Below are positions 39,326 to 52,400 of a stretch of 64,000 nucleotides of DNA, piece by piece. The notes under the pieces are model-generated. The model was not told the DNA's origin, ran no database searches, and saw nothing but the letters and a program-made list of their open reading frames with translations. The position numbers were made by a program, and so were the translations under genes. How positions within the stretch are numbered: the stretch's first letter is position 1; each line of letters starts with the position of its first letter. Source of the stretch: Haliotis rubra (lineage: Eukaryota); contig NW_025767127.1 of the NCBI RefSeq assembly GCF_003918875.1, positions 62,001-126,000 of the forward strand. The letters run 5' to 3'.

Positions 39326-39747
39326 CCTGGAATCTCATTGATTCATTTGCTTCGTTTCTGGTCAACACTGTCAAATTACACTATCGGAAATCGTGGGCGT
39401 GTTTCACTGTATGATTGGGACTTGATTTTAGTCTGAGATATTATTCTCACCGCCCATGTAACAATCTCTGATTTCATGGTAAAATGTTGAAGTGTTTTTG
39501 TCATCGTACCCGTCTGTACCCTCTCTCCAAATCATATATATATCTTTCAGGACTGTCACACAACTTCTCCGAATACTACAACATTTGCTTTTCGAGTGTT
39601 CCCCGGACACATTTATGAATCTCCATTGCAGAAGAGTGTTTGTTCGATTATCTCCCTTGAACGCTATCGGTTCGTGTGACATCTATCGTGTGAATGCTAT
39701 CGGAAATACCGCTATGTGACATTCTAAAATAAGTACGAGAGTGTTGG

Positions 39748-39974
39748 CAGTGTATGAAATAAGCCAAAAATCCAGCCAGACATCAGGGCTGGTAACTTCA
39801 AAATGTTACCAGCCCAAAATGGATTTAACCAGACCAAATATGGTGAATTTACTCAGATGTATGGACGATCAAATTTTTTTACAAGACCATAGGGCTGGCT
39901 AGCTGTAAATTTAGACCGTCCGTCAGAAATCTAGACTGTCTCGGGCGGTCGGACGGGCCTTATTTCATACACTG
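39748..39974. mobile_element. MITE with CAG..CTG termini, 7-bp TSD gtgttgg
   Basis: TIRs cagtgtatgaaataag / cttatttcatacactg. Confidence 0.88.
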
Positions 39975-40138
39975 GTGTTGGGGTCTATTTTGAGAGTATT
40001 CAGAGGTGGGGTAGTACCATTGTATTCAGTACGCAGATTCAAGGTCGAAAAACAGTACACATAAATTTATTATATTCTGTTTGTTTTTTCAATATATATT
40101 TTTTTCAGTCGTTCAAATTCAAGTCGCACATTGTATTA

Positions 40139-40408
40139 GAGTGAGTGAGTGAGTTTAGTTTTACGGCGCACTCAGCAATATTCCAGCTATATGGCGGCGG
40201 TCTGTAAATAATCGAGTCTGGACCAGACAATCCAGTGATCAACAGCATGAGCATCGATCTGCGCAATTGGGAACCGATGACATGTGTCAACCAAGTCAGC
40301 GAGCCTGACCACCCGATCCCGTTAGTCGCCTCTTACGACAAGCATAGTCGCCTTTTGTGGCAAGCATGGGTTGCTGAAGACCTATTCTACCCCGGATCTT
40401 CACGGGTC
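40139..40408 (-). mobile_element. SINE family A full copy
   Basis: Near-identical to the 51409 copy; TSD cacattgtattagag. Confidence 0.93.
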
Positions 40409-40497
40409 ACATTGTATTAGAGATTCAGGGATGAGCCATGTGCTTACACCCACAGTGTATGTTAATTGTGCAATACATAACAGCAAATGTTATCGAT

Positions 40498-40920
40498 CTG
40501 GCCCCGGGATCATGACGCATAGCAAAATTTTGGACATCATTCAGCAGTGTTTATTTCTCAAACCGCCGAGGTATTTGCATTTATATTTATACCAACGGAT
40601 AGGAAATTTAATATGCCACATTTCTGTGTAAGTTTATAGCTGTACGCAGATCCAGGACCACGCGAGCGCAAATCTCGCACAACGTTCACTTTTCAAACCT
40701 TATGAAAATGTGCGCCTGAAAAAAAACTCGGCATCAAAAAGGGCTTAAGACTGGTAGGTAGCAGTCTCAGGATTTAAGACAAAAAATTATCTCAGTCTTA
40801 ACTTTTAAGACTGAAAAATGTACGTGATCCCCGATTTAAGACAATATTTTGAACTTAAGATCAAAATGACAGACGTAAGCAATTTTTAGACTTAAGTCAC
40901 TTTCATGACCCCGGGGCCTG
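40498..40920. mobile_element. MITE
   Basis: TIRs ggccccgggatcatga / tcatgaccccggggcc, with internal cttaag repeats. Confidence 0.7.
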
Positions 40921-41362
40921 GGCAAGTTCGGCAAAAGCCTGAGAGATAGTGACTTCTTGGGTGTGATGGATATCGGATGATACATTTTGATGACATAAAA
41001 AAACGTACCCGAACGCCATCAGTTAGTCTGTCATGTTTTAAAAAGGGAGTTCAAATACAATCATGAATCACAGGGCAACGCTAGCTCCTGGGCCAGAAAT
41101 TGAGAACTGTTCTGGGTTCCTTTTAGGTTAATTTCTTTGTATCAATTTATTCTGTTAATTATACAAATATATATGTCAAGTAACTGACTTCGTGTACAGC
41201 CTACATCTAGATGTAGCTTACTTGCATGGGGAATCGAATCATGACCTTTACCCCTACCCTCCTCAACCCACCCTCCATCACACTTTAATATTAATTAGCA
41301 CAGCGACTACTGAACTATTCATATCCTATTTAATAGTGATTCACATACGCACATACACACAG

Positions 41363-41735
41363 TCCCGGGGAAGACTCCGGTTCGAATTGGTCACCAACAA
41401 GCATGATTGTCGTAAGGGTTGGCATGAGGATGGGGTGGTGTGGTCAACTTCGCTGACTTGATACATGCCATCGTATCACAACTGCACAGATCGATGCTCA
41501 CGATGTTGATCACTGGCTCGTCTTTTCCAGGATCGATCATTCACAGACCACCGCCATATAGCTGGAATATTGCTGATTGTGGCGTTTTAACAACAACCAA
41601 CCAACCAAAACTGCCCTGTAGGTTATAATCTGAAGGATTAAAAATGTCAGTTACGGGATTGTCTGGTACAGACTCTTACAGACCACCGTCGTATAGCTGG
41701 AATATTGCTGAGTTCGGCGTTAAACAACAAACAAA
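41363..41735 (+). mobile_element. SINE family A diverged copy plus a second 3' fragment
   Basis: ...cagaccaccgccatatagctggaatattgctga..gcgtt occurs twice. Confidence 0.8.
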
Positions 41736-42254
41736 CATACGCACATGTTCATAATATAGCCGGACACGTACAATCATGTCTGCTTTCAGCAGAGCCTGGA
41801 AAGCAAACAGAGAAAATTGTAGCATAAACTGCTTGTTATTGACACATTCAATACAGCCAATGCATGTCTAGGATATTTGGCTAGGTTAGTTTACTGGAAT
41901 TTCTGAAAATGAGTCTCATAGCTAGTTTTTATCAATTTAATTTGATAATTGAAAACGTGTGTGTGTGTACGTGTGTGTGTGTGTGTGTGTGTGTTCGTGA
42001 AATATGCATATTTCAGAGACCACAGATGTCTAACTGCCCATCAATGCGCCAATCTTGTTCCATTCCGAACTAATATAGCGCCTAATCTATGGAGTTATAT
42101 AATTGTGACACCAACAAGGAGCCCCAGTGAGATGGGAGATTCAGCCTAAACTTGTGGAAAATGTACATGCAATTGCTTCGTTTGGCGCTAAAGCATCATT
42201 GTATGGGACATGGTAAACCCAAAGTCACTGTGTTCTTTAATCTGATGTCTTGTG

Positions 42255-42610
42255 TAGGGCTGGGTCGGGTCCAAATTTTCTACCAGGATACGCCATCTCC
42301 TAATACCCTACCCTACCCGGATGACCGATATGTTAATTCCTGAAATGGCAACATATTCTTCAGCTCGGAGGCTAAAATTTCGAGTTTTTCAATATCTTAA
42401 TCATGTATTATATTCAAAATATATAGGTGACTGTAGATTATGTCTAAATCTTCAAAGACAATGCAATCTTTTAATCATGAAAGAATAACATATTACATTT
42501 TTTAATCTATTAGTCAAATGATCATAACGGGTCCGGGTAATGAGATGGGTACCCGGGTCCAACTCATTACCCACCCATCCCGGGTATCCAGGTTACCCGT
42601 CCCAGCCCTA
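42255..42610. mobile_element. hAT-like MITE
   Basis: TIRs tagggctgggtcgggt / acccgtcccagcccta; imperfect 8-bp TSD gtcttgtg/ttctagtg. Confidence 0.8.
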
Positions 42611-42892
42611 TTCTAGTGTATACCACACGGGTGGATAAATTCCAGTTCTACATGTCAGCTTTGCATCCAGACAACTGGGAAATAGCCAGATGGGGAAGGT
42701 CGGTGGTGTTTTTACTTTTAGTGAAATGCACGAGATAAGCGAAGATGTTGCCAGGCCATACAAGGATCACAATCGGTTTGAACCTGGGATTCGATCAGCG
42801 GACTCTGGTATGACTACAGGAGGAAGCCCTGCAACGAGAAGATGACCGCATCTTCATTAGTAGCATTCATCTAGGCGAGGTCAGTTTTGTAC

Positions 42893-44130
42893 ATTGACGT
42901 ACTGGGAGTATAAATAACCTCATAACAACGTTTTAGCGGTATGAATGACGCACTGAGAGTATGAATGACGTACTGGAGGTAGGTACGACGTACTAGAGGT
43001 ATGAATGACCCACTATAAGTATAAATGACCTACTACAGGTATAAATGTCATTCTATAGGTATGAATGACGCACTGGAAGTATGAATGACGTACTGGAGGT
43101 AGGTACGACGTACTAGAGGTATGAATGACCCACTATAAGTATAAATGACCTACTACAGGTATAAATGTCATTCTATAGGTATGAATGACCTACTACAGGT
43201 ACGAATGACATTCTATAGGTATAAATGCCGTATTGGAAGTATGAATGACCTACTATACAGGAATGAATGACATTCTATAGGTATGAATGACCTACTGCAG
43301 GTATGAATGACCTACTATGACGGTACTAAAGGGAATGAACTACAGGTATGAATGACATTCTATAGAAGTATGAATGACCTACTATACAGGTATGAATGAC
43401 CTACTAGAGGTATGAATGACCTACTAGAGGTATGAATGACCTACTAGAGGTATGAATTACTTACTAGAGGTATGAATGACTTACTAGAGGTATGAATGAC
43501 CTACTAGAGGTATGAATGACTTACTAGAGGTATGAATGACTTACTAGAGGTATGAATGACTTACTAGAGGTATGAATGACCTACTAGAGATATGAATGAC
43601 CTACTAGAGGTAGGAATGACTTACTAGAGGTAGGAATGACTTACTAGAGGTATGAATGACCTACTAGAGGTAGGAATGACCTACTAGAGGTTTGAATGAC
43701 CTACTAGAGGTATGAATTACGTACTAGAGGTATGAATGACTTACTAGAGGTTGAATTGGCCTACTAGAGGTATGAATGACTTACTAGAGGTATGAATGAC
43801 CTACTAGAGGTATGAATGACTTACTAGAGGTATGAATGACTTACTAGAGGTATGAATGACTTACTAGAGGTATGAATGTCTTACTAGAGGTATGAATGAC
43901 CTACTAGAGGTATGAATGACCTACTAGAGGTATGAATGACCTACTAGAGGTATGAATGACTTACTAGAGGTATGAATGACCTACTAGAGGTATGAATGTC
44001 TTACTAGAGGTATGAATGGCCTACTAGAGGTATGAATGACCTACTAGAGGTATGAATGACCTACTAGAGGTATGAATGACCTACTAGAGGTATGAATGAC
44101 ATACTATAGCTATATGAATGACGTACTGGA
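42893..44130. repeat. 20-bp minisatellite (ggtatgaatgac(c/t)tactaga)n
   Basis: Homogeneous array at 43390-44100; the diverged left part contains a 120-bp higher-order duplication. Confidence 0.97.
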
Positions 44131-44419
44131 GTGAGTGAGTATGGTTTCAGCAATATTCTAGCAATATAATACAGCATGGACCCAGTCGGACCGAACACAG
44201 ACCAAACTCTTCTGAGTGAGTGAGTGAGTGTGTATATGTTGCTTTAAGCCCCATCAGCAATATTGTACTTATTCGTGGCGATAATCACTTCTGCTAGAGC
44301 CAACTTTGAGAATGTTGAGTGAGTTTAACCACTAATTGTCACTATGCATGTTTTTTGCCTTACTGCACTTCTTGCCCATGCGCGCCACAGTCGGTTCTAT
44401 TGTCTGGCTGATGGGCCAA

Positions 44420-44661
44420 GGTTGGTTGGTTGTTGTTTAACGCCACACTCAGCAATATTCCAGCTATATGGCGGCGGTCTGTAAATAATCGAGTCTGGAC
44501 CAGACATTCCAGTGATCAAAAGCATAATCATCGTACTACGCAAATGGGATATGATGACATGTGTCAACCAAGTCAGCGAGTCTGACCACACGATCCCGTT
44601 AGTCTCCTCTTACGAGGAGACTGAGTTACAGAAGATCAATTCTAACTGGGATCTTCACGGG
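44420..44661 (-). mobile_element. SINE family A full copy
   Basis: Family A body with (aacc)n tail; TSD tgggccaa. Confidence 0.9.
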
Positions 44662-45895
44662 TTTGGTGGGCCAACCGACCAAAGCCAAAAACTTCAAGGC
44701 CTCCGTTTTCAAAAACGTTTTATACTACCCAAGAGGAAGACATTTCCAAATTTGACACACAAGTGACAAAAATGATGTCCGGTGTAATTCAGTGCTGTAC
44801 TATGGTTTCTGTCCTTGTTCAAGTGCACAATTGACTAGCCTTTTCATGTGTTTATGAGGTACAATGCTCCACAATACGCTCACCTTTCCGCAAACTCCTG
44901 GTACCATCACAGTATGATGTTGATTCATTTATTCATAAACACATGCTCACGTCAGTCAGAAAGTGTACCGACTCATATGGACTGACTCAAATGGGGTGTA
45001 TGGTTTGTGGCCTGCAGATAACTTTCATGAAATGCACCCCTAGTTGAGGTGTTGATCCACTTGTAGGAGGATAATACAGCCAATGAATGAGGCTTTGGTG
45101 TGTACTAGCTCTGCACAGTGTAGTACACAAGTGGCATAAGTTGGCCAAAATGTTGTGTTGGTATTAAACTGTTTAATTTACTGTGTCTTTGCAAAGATGA
45201 ATCTGTAAGACTTGGTCTGGCATTTGTCTAACTCTGGGTAACTTTTGAGTTGCCAGTTTAAATACCTGTCTATATATCTACTGAATATTCAACAGTGTTA
45301 CATTACAGGTAAGCCTGACCTGAGTGGTGCCTGCAGCATCAGGAACGTTCTATCAGGTACAGATTAACCTGTGATTTAGTAGAAGCAGGTACAATCTACA
45401 ACAGGCGTTATATAGTCTCCCTGGTAGAAGAGAACCTCTGACCAACTCAAAAACAAGGCTATTGTGTATCTCCAGTAAATTTATTCCACATATGCACAAA
45501 AAGCTTAATATTGAAATATAACAACAAAATGTACCAATTTCTGGTATAATTCAGACACCACATTATCAGACTATAATCAACAAAAAGATACATGCAAATT
45601 TGATTTGATAGGAGATGCATCAACATAGAAGTTACAACATCTCTTCTTTACCACAAACAAATAACATACCACTCACATCACATTCGGAATCTCTCTTTCT
45701 CTGCACATTATGACTAAATATGAACCGTGTTATGTCAAGATGAAATATCTTAATGTCTAATATATTGCGAGATTAATATTGTCTAAACAATAAGCAAAAT
45801 TTATATCCTTGCAAACAACCTGACACCAACATTCAACACAGCATAGCAAGGATATGGAGACATAATGTGATAACTGTTCTATTATCTTTTGAAGA

Positions 45896-46030
45896 CTGAC
45901 TGACTGACTGAGTTTGGTTTTACGCCGCTTTTAGCAATATTCCAGCAACATCACGGCGGGGGACACCAGAAATGGGCTTCACACATTGTGCCCATGTGGG
46001 GATTCGAACCCGGGTCTTTGGCGTGAACGA
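45896..46030 (-). mobile_element. SINE family B 5'-truncated copy
   Basis: B box and tail present; TSD ctttgaaga. Confidence 0.85.
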
Positions 46031-46472
46031 GTCCTTTGAAGAGGAAATCATACAAAACAATCATTTCTTGACCATAAGAAACTATTTAATATTCATAATG
46101 GATTAAAATCCAACTTTTTACTTTAAAGCTTTAAACAAAGACTTAAATTTCATGGATAAATGCCCACATGATTCTGGAAAAGGCATCTTTAAGGTGATGT
46201 GGAGGCAAACAGCCATCAAGGTAGCAGTCCTGGACAAGGACAAGCCAGAAGGAAAATTATATAACTGATTTGTGGTCATCACAACATAATGCATGGTCAG
46301 TGATAGCTGATCAATAACCCATGTTTCCAAGAAATACACCTTCCCTCAGATATAACATACATACACTCACATACACACACACTCACACAACCACTCAAGC
46401 TGACATGCTGTTGATTTATTTCCCCATATTACTGCTCCAGCTAGAAGGCAACCTCAGACGGACGACTTGATC

Positions 46473-46488
46473 TCACTTGAACAGGAAG
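46473..46488 (-). CDS. TUSC3: MAGT1/TUSC3 terminal coding exon (SFLFK*)
   Basis: tttcag|C TTC CTG TTC AAG TGA completes the typical YPYSFL(x)K C-terminus. Confidence 0.85.
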
Positions 46489-49400
46489 CTGAAATCATAG
46501 AAAGTACAGTGAGAAAGTGCCAGTATATTACTCATCCATATGTATCAAACAACGTGAAACACAAAAGCTATGTATACAGCTTGATGCCACTGTAGGCTCA
46601 GTAAACTGAATCAAACAACGTGAAACACAAAAGCTATGTATACAGCTTGACGCCACTGTAGGCTCAGTAAACTGAATCAAACAACGTGAAACACAAAAGC
46701 TATGTATACAGCTTGACGCCACTGTAGGCTCAGTAAACTGAATCAAACAATGTGAAACACAAAGCTATGTATACAGCTTGACGCCACTGTAGGCTCAGTA
46801 AACTGAGCCATGTCTGATCCAACTTGGTCATCATCATCTATCGGAATTACAGATGTCTGAAAATCAGAAAGTCGGATGACAGCTTGCCTCATCAGTTTGT
46901 GCTCAAAACAGCATCAGCAATATTCCAGCTACAAAGAAGCCTGTAAATAACAGTCTGGGTCAGAAAATCCAGTGTTTGCTATATCAGGCAATGACCCAAC
47001 TATTCCGGGGACAATGACATCATATCAACCAAGTCACTAAAGCTTATTACTCCTCCTCCTTTCAGTTGCCTCTTATGACCAGCAAAGGTTGATGAGGACC
47101 TATTCCAACCTGACACCCCCCACAGATACATCATCAGAGTGCAGGAATATTCAAACAAACCAGTGATGAGCTCAACAGCTACATACACATGTGTCCCACA
47201 AGTCCATGGATACTAATAGTCAAGCTGTATGACAATCTGAAATGCCGGACTATTCTATCTGGTGATCTGCAGTGACAATGCAGTACATTCCTTTCAACAG
47301 TATTCCACAACAGGCCGTAACACGGAATAAATCTGGGGCAGGAAATCCAGCGGTTATCAAGATCAACACCCTCAGGCAGGACAATGCTGAGAGGCTATGT
47401 TGTGACAAACAGATCGTCAGCTACTGTAACATTCCTGGAGTACTGAGGCCAACCCCTGAACATCCTTAGGGATGCTGAAGCCTTACCTGTAAGGATAGCC
47501 CTGGTACTTCGACCGGAACACAGAGAGGAGGAGACTGAAGAATATTGCCACACACCCTAGACCGACCAGAGCCAAAACTATAAAGAAAACACACAAAACA
47601 ATCAATACAATTAGTCCTAAAGAAACATGGCAATAATCAAGTCTTCAAGTGTATTATATATTTAGTTCTTTACGGATCACTCAGCACTGTTCCAGCAATG
47701 AGGGCAGCCTGTATTCAGGTTATTGATTTTATGAACAATGAGCAACACTGTTGGGATACAAGGACACATTGAACCAAGTCACAGAGTCTCACAACCCAAT
47801 CCATTACATCCATGCATGACCATAGATGACTGGAGACTTACTCTACCCAGATTCCCCTGGGAACAACCAGCTTAGGTTGCTTTAAACCTGTTCGCAGTAA
47901 TAGATGGCTCTGGCACTTAGAAAATGACACAGATGTGAAATTATAAACATGGAGATCAGAGAACAAGCAAAAGTGGAATGATTTTAATGATTGTTAACAA
48001 TAAATATATGCCCCTTCTACAGTTCTGTTCATGTAACACAGGAAAATACAGAATGTCACATAACTGTAGCAGGGACTTACACAGATTACCTACTGATTGG
48101 TCTAGTTGGTTAGGGACTCTCAATAAGCTAAATGTGGAATTGCAACTTGCTATTACTATCTCCTCCATCTCTCCTATAACTTTAAGTCGAACGAGATAAA
48201 AAGGCATCATCAAAGAGAATAAGTAATTTTATCACTTTATCAATTCTACTGTTCAGACAAATCCTTCCTTTGAAACCTGGCTGAAAGGTGAACAAATACT
48301 TACTCCTCTTCTTCCCAGGGTCCCCCTTGAGAGAGTGAGCTTCGTTCATCAGGATGAAGCCGAACACAACAGCAGTGTCTACACAAGGTCAAGGTCACAA
48401 ACACATTCAGGTGTCACACTGTCTGCATGATTTTGTCATGTTCAAGTAAAATACAGAATTACACAACAAAATTGTTTTTGAAGCCATTTCCAGTGTGCGA
48501 AATTTACGCTGGTCCTGTGGTCCCTGGCTAGTAAAAATTCATAAGGACCAGTAAATGATAAGTTTGCAGTGGTCTTCGATTATTTCAATTAATCGGACCA
48601 CCACTAGTGGGTAGAGCAAGGATACTGAGAAGCATAACGATGTACGTCTCCATGATGAACTGGCCTTGGCTGCTGCCGTGGATGTAGTGCTTAAACATAC
48701 AGTAACAATGGTAACAGACCACTGAATATTGGACATAGAGTTTCACAAGACACAAACACAGAAGACAGTATAGGTTAATGCTACTTTGAAAGTTACGTCA
48801 GTAATAGCACGGAATGTCAGTTTGACGTGAAAGGCCTGCAGTGGTATATCAGATAAATCCTCTAAATAAAGAGTCTGTATAAACATGAATCCTATTTGTG
48901 TAAACACAATCATAGAGCTATACATGCAACAAAAATAGACAATGAACATGTTGCAATCAATGTTATTTTCTTAGATGTACATGATATACAGATTTACATG
49001 TTGCAATCAATGTTATTTTCTTAGATGTACATATTATACAGATTTACATGTTGCAATCAATGTTATTTTCTTAGATGTACATGATATACAGATTTACAGT
49101 GTTTCAGAAGTGAGTTTGGACTAGAGCCTCTGTGAACAATACTTCATTTGATGTGGGAGAAAGCCCCTAATGATGCATGGCTCAACATTTACAACATTGG
49201 TGAAACCCACAAGCCTGCATATGGGGGTTGACATAAATATAACCAAGATGAGCCAGACAATGATGATATGGTCGAAGAACCATAATGCTGGACAGGTGAC
49301 TGAGGCTCATGTGTCCCTGTTTTTCAGAAGTGATTTATGTCTTGAAATGAACCAATAACTGGATTAATGCTTTGCCACCAATTAGTAAAAATGCTAAATG

Positions 49401-52400
49401 CTATGACATTTATTGATGTTAAAACAAGTGGAAGTGTTCTGAAGACCAAAATATATCAAGCATGTCAATGGAGAATGACTGAAAAGGACTGAAAAGACTT
49501 TTGCAAAACAAATACCTCTTTATGATTCATGTTTGGCATTTAAACATCATAAATTTTCATAACCAAAAAATTGTGACTTTACACAGAAATATGACAGGCC
49601 TGTATTTAGTGCAACTGTTTTGAAAAAAGAAAAACAGTACCTATATATTTTTCCCCTAGGTGATGATTATTACCCAATGAGATGACAATTAGAACTTTGC
49701 CCAAAATCTTTTAATCACCCCAACATACAACACAAAAAGCAAAGACGAATTTACATGCATGGTGTATCTACTTGCAAACACACAACAATGTGAACTGTCA
49801 GACAGCAATCAATTCAACTCATATGAGGAAGGAATACGGATCTAACTCCTACATGGAAAATGCCCATCAAAGAAGTCCTACATGAAACTCAAAATGTATC
49901 CTCAACAGAAGTAAACCGAAGAAAGAACACACTGTAATGCTTACTGTTAGTATACAGGAATGGTTAGGTTCATTATAGTTTTCAGAATTCTTTTGGGGGG
50001 AAATGTCTGAAATAATTCCAAAACTCTTTTGCCATTTACTATATTTAGCTTGTACTCATTTTCAACAAAAAGTATACACTTTTTTTAAGAAATGTCTGTA
50101 TATTACTAAATGAAGATTGTATTCATTGTGAATTAGAAATACAGTAACAAGCGACTTCAAAGTTAAGAAATCACAAGTAATAAGTTAGTTGTCATGGCAA
50201 CAAGTAGATACACAGCGAGCATCCCAGTCTTCTCCTATTCTGACGAGCCAACACAGCTGCTGTCTTTATCACAGAAACAGGGAGGATCCCACAATAGGAG
50301 CAACTTAAACATGATACAAACCTTCCAGGAAAACTGGGGCAAATTTAAAACAACGGTTTCATCAAACATGCAAACAAATGCTGACTGTAAGCAATGCTTA
50401 AGTATCATGATACATCCACAATATCATATTTCTCTATCAGTGCAAACAATGTTCAAATATACATTAATACTTCTACACAGACACGATGGGTGTTTTAATG
50501 CAGCACATGCAGAATATGGCAATACCACAGACAAATTACTGATGACATGAAAACAGAAAATGCCTGTCAGGATAACAATTTAAAGACAAGAACTAATACA
50601 CATGTGTGAAATTCCTAAAAAGAAATCATTTTTAAATACTTACCATGGCTCCAGTGTGAGGGTTGCGGTGCATGAGAGGAGGGCCACGGATGTGGTTCCA
50701 CATCTGTCCCGATGTCATGGCAAATATCACAGCCTGGACAGAGAGATGATCACATTTGCAATCAGAACGAAAAGAAAGTGAGCGACTGCCAGAGTGAGTT
50801 GGTAATAATATAGCTTTGAACAGTACTCAAGTTGTAATCATGGAATAATATGGAAGAAAGAGCCTGATGTGAAGTTGGGTGAAACCAACAAGCCTGTATA
50901 TGGGGATGACATAATCTTAATCAATGAAACATAACATAATGTGATGGTACAAGATGACCCCCGGCTCACTCGGAATATTCAACACATGCTCAATGACCCT
51001 AGTGTGACAAATAACAACAAAGTCAAACAATGATGGAGCAAACCCTGTGGTTACCCACCCAATGCAATCCGATCCCCATCCCCACCCCCATTGCCATCCC
51101 CACCCCCATTGCAATCCCATCAATGTCCTCCTGCCAAACCCAACCACATTCAACACTCTACCACCCTGCAAACTCAACATCACTCAACACTATCCACCAG
51201 CAACATACCAATGCTCCAATTCCCCATGATGTTTTGTTGTACAGGAACTCAAGGTTGTTGCGCTTCAGGTACAGCAGTCCTCCGATGAGAGAGAAGAGGA
51301 GGGCCAAGGCCAGGGTACCTGAGTAGTTCGGAGGACGGAATACACGGATCTGAAAGAAAACCACTCAGTGTTAACTTGCTTATTTGTCAATCCTCTCTTT
51401 ATATGAGAGAGTGAGTGAGTGAATTTAGTTTTACGCCGCACTCAGCAATATTCCAGCTATATGGCGTCAGTCTGTAAATAATCGAGTCTGGACCAGACAA
51501 TCCAGTGATTAACAGCATGAGCATCGATCTGCGCAATTGGGAACCGATGACATGTGTCAACCAAGTCAGCGAGCCTGACCACCCAATCCCATTAGTCGCC
51601 TTTTACGACAAGCATTGTCGCCTTTTATGACAAGAATGGGTTGCTGAAGACCTATTCTACCCCGGATCTTCACGGGTTGCTTTATATGAGAGAATACATG
51701 GTACATTATTATCCAATAACACAATCATGCATTGTATATATGTTCTGAAGCTCTGTTTAGTTATACAATACCAAACTTGTGCAGTTAATCAGCAGTGACT
51801 TACCACCCCTGTAGAAAGCTTATACCTAATCATTTATAAGAGGTACCTGTATATCTGTTCTTTCACCGACCCATCTTGCTATCTGTTCTGCAGCAAAACC
51901 GACCCTGGAACAAACATGTTGCATGTGAAACAAAAAGTACAAATTACCAATCAGTCTGTAATTGGTGTCAAGGAATTATCACAAACGGAACTGAAATGAT
52001 ACCATCTTGGACCTGACATGGCATCATGGAAATGAGATACCTATAGCTTCTACTCTCATCAATGCTAAACATACATGAGACAGGAGGATTGGACACTAGT
52101 TCAAGACTTGTATTTATCCAGTTGTTGTTCAACACACGCACAGCAATATTCCAGCTAGGTGACGGTAGTCAGCTTAATGAAATCTTGACCACACAATCCA
52201 GTGATTGATATAATAAGCAACAACCCATGCCATCAGGATACTCTGACACGGGAGCCACCTTGTCACTGAATAGGACCATCAGAACCAACAAACTCCTTCG
52301 CGTATGACCAGTAGGTTGGTGAGAACCAATTCCAATCAGGAAACACCATGGGTTCCAAGACTTGGGAATATCTTGGCAGCTAGTAGTTATCCTGCTAACT

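Noticed and set aside
42893-44130. CRISPR-like array
   Set aside because: The 20-bp units are contiguous with no unique spacers, the context is eukaryotic, and there are no cas genes. The same applies to the other arrays.
46800-46840. C/D box snoRNA (ATGATGA...CTGA on the minus strand)
   Set aside because: The boxes are only ~40 nt apart, and the CTGA belongs to the 66-bp tandem repeat.
50917-51326. WG/PI-repeat ORFs
   Set aside because: They derive from an intronic (ccccat)n microsatellite next to exon 6.
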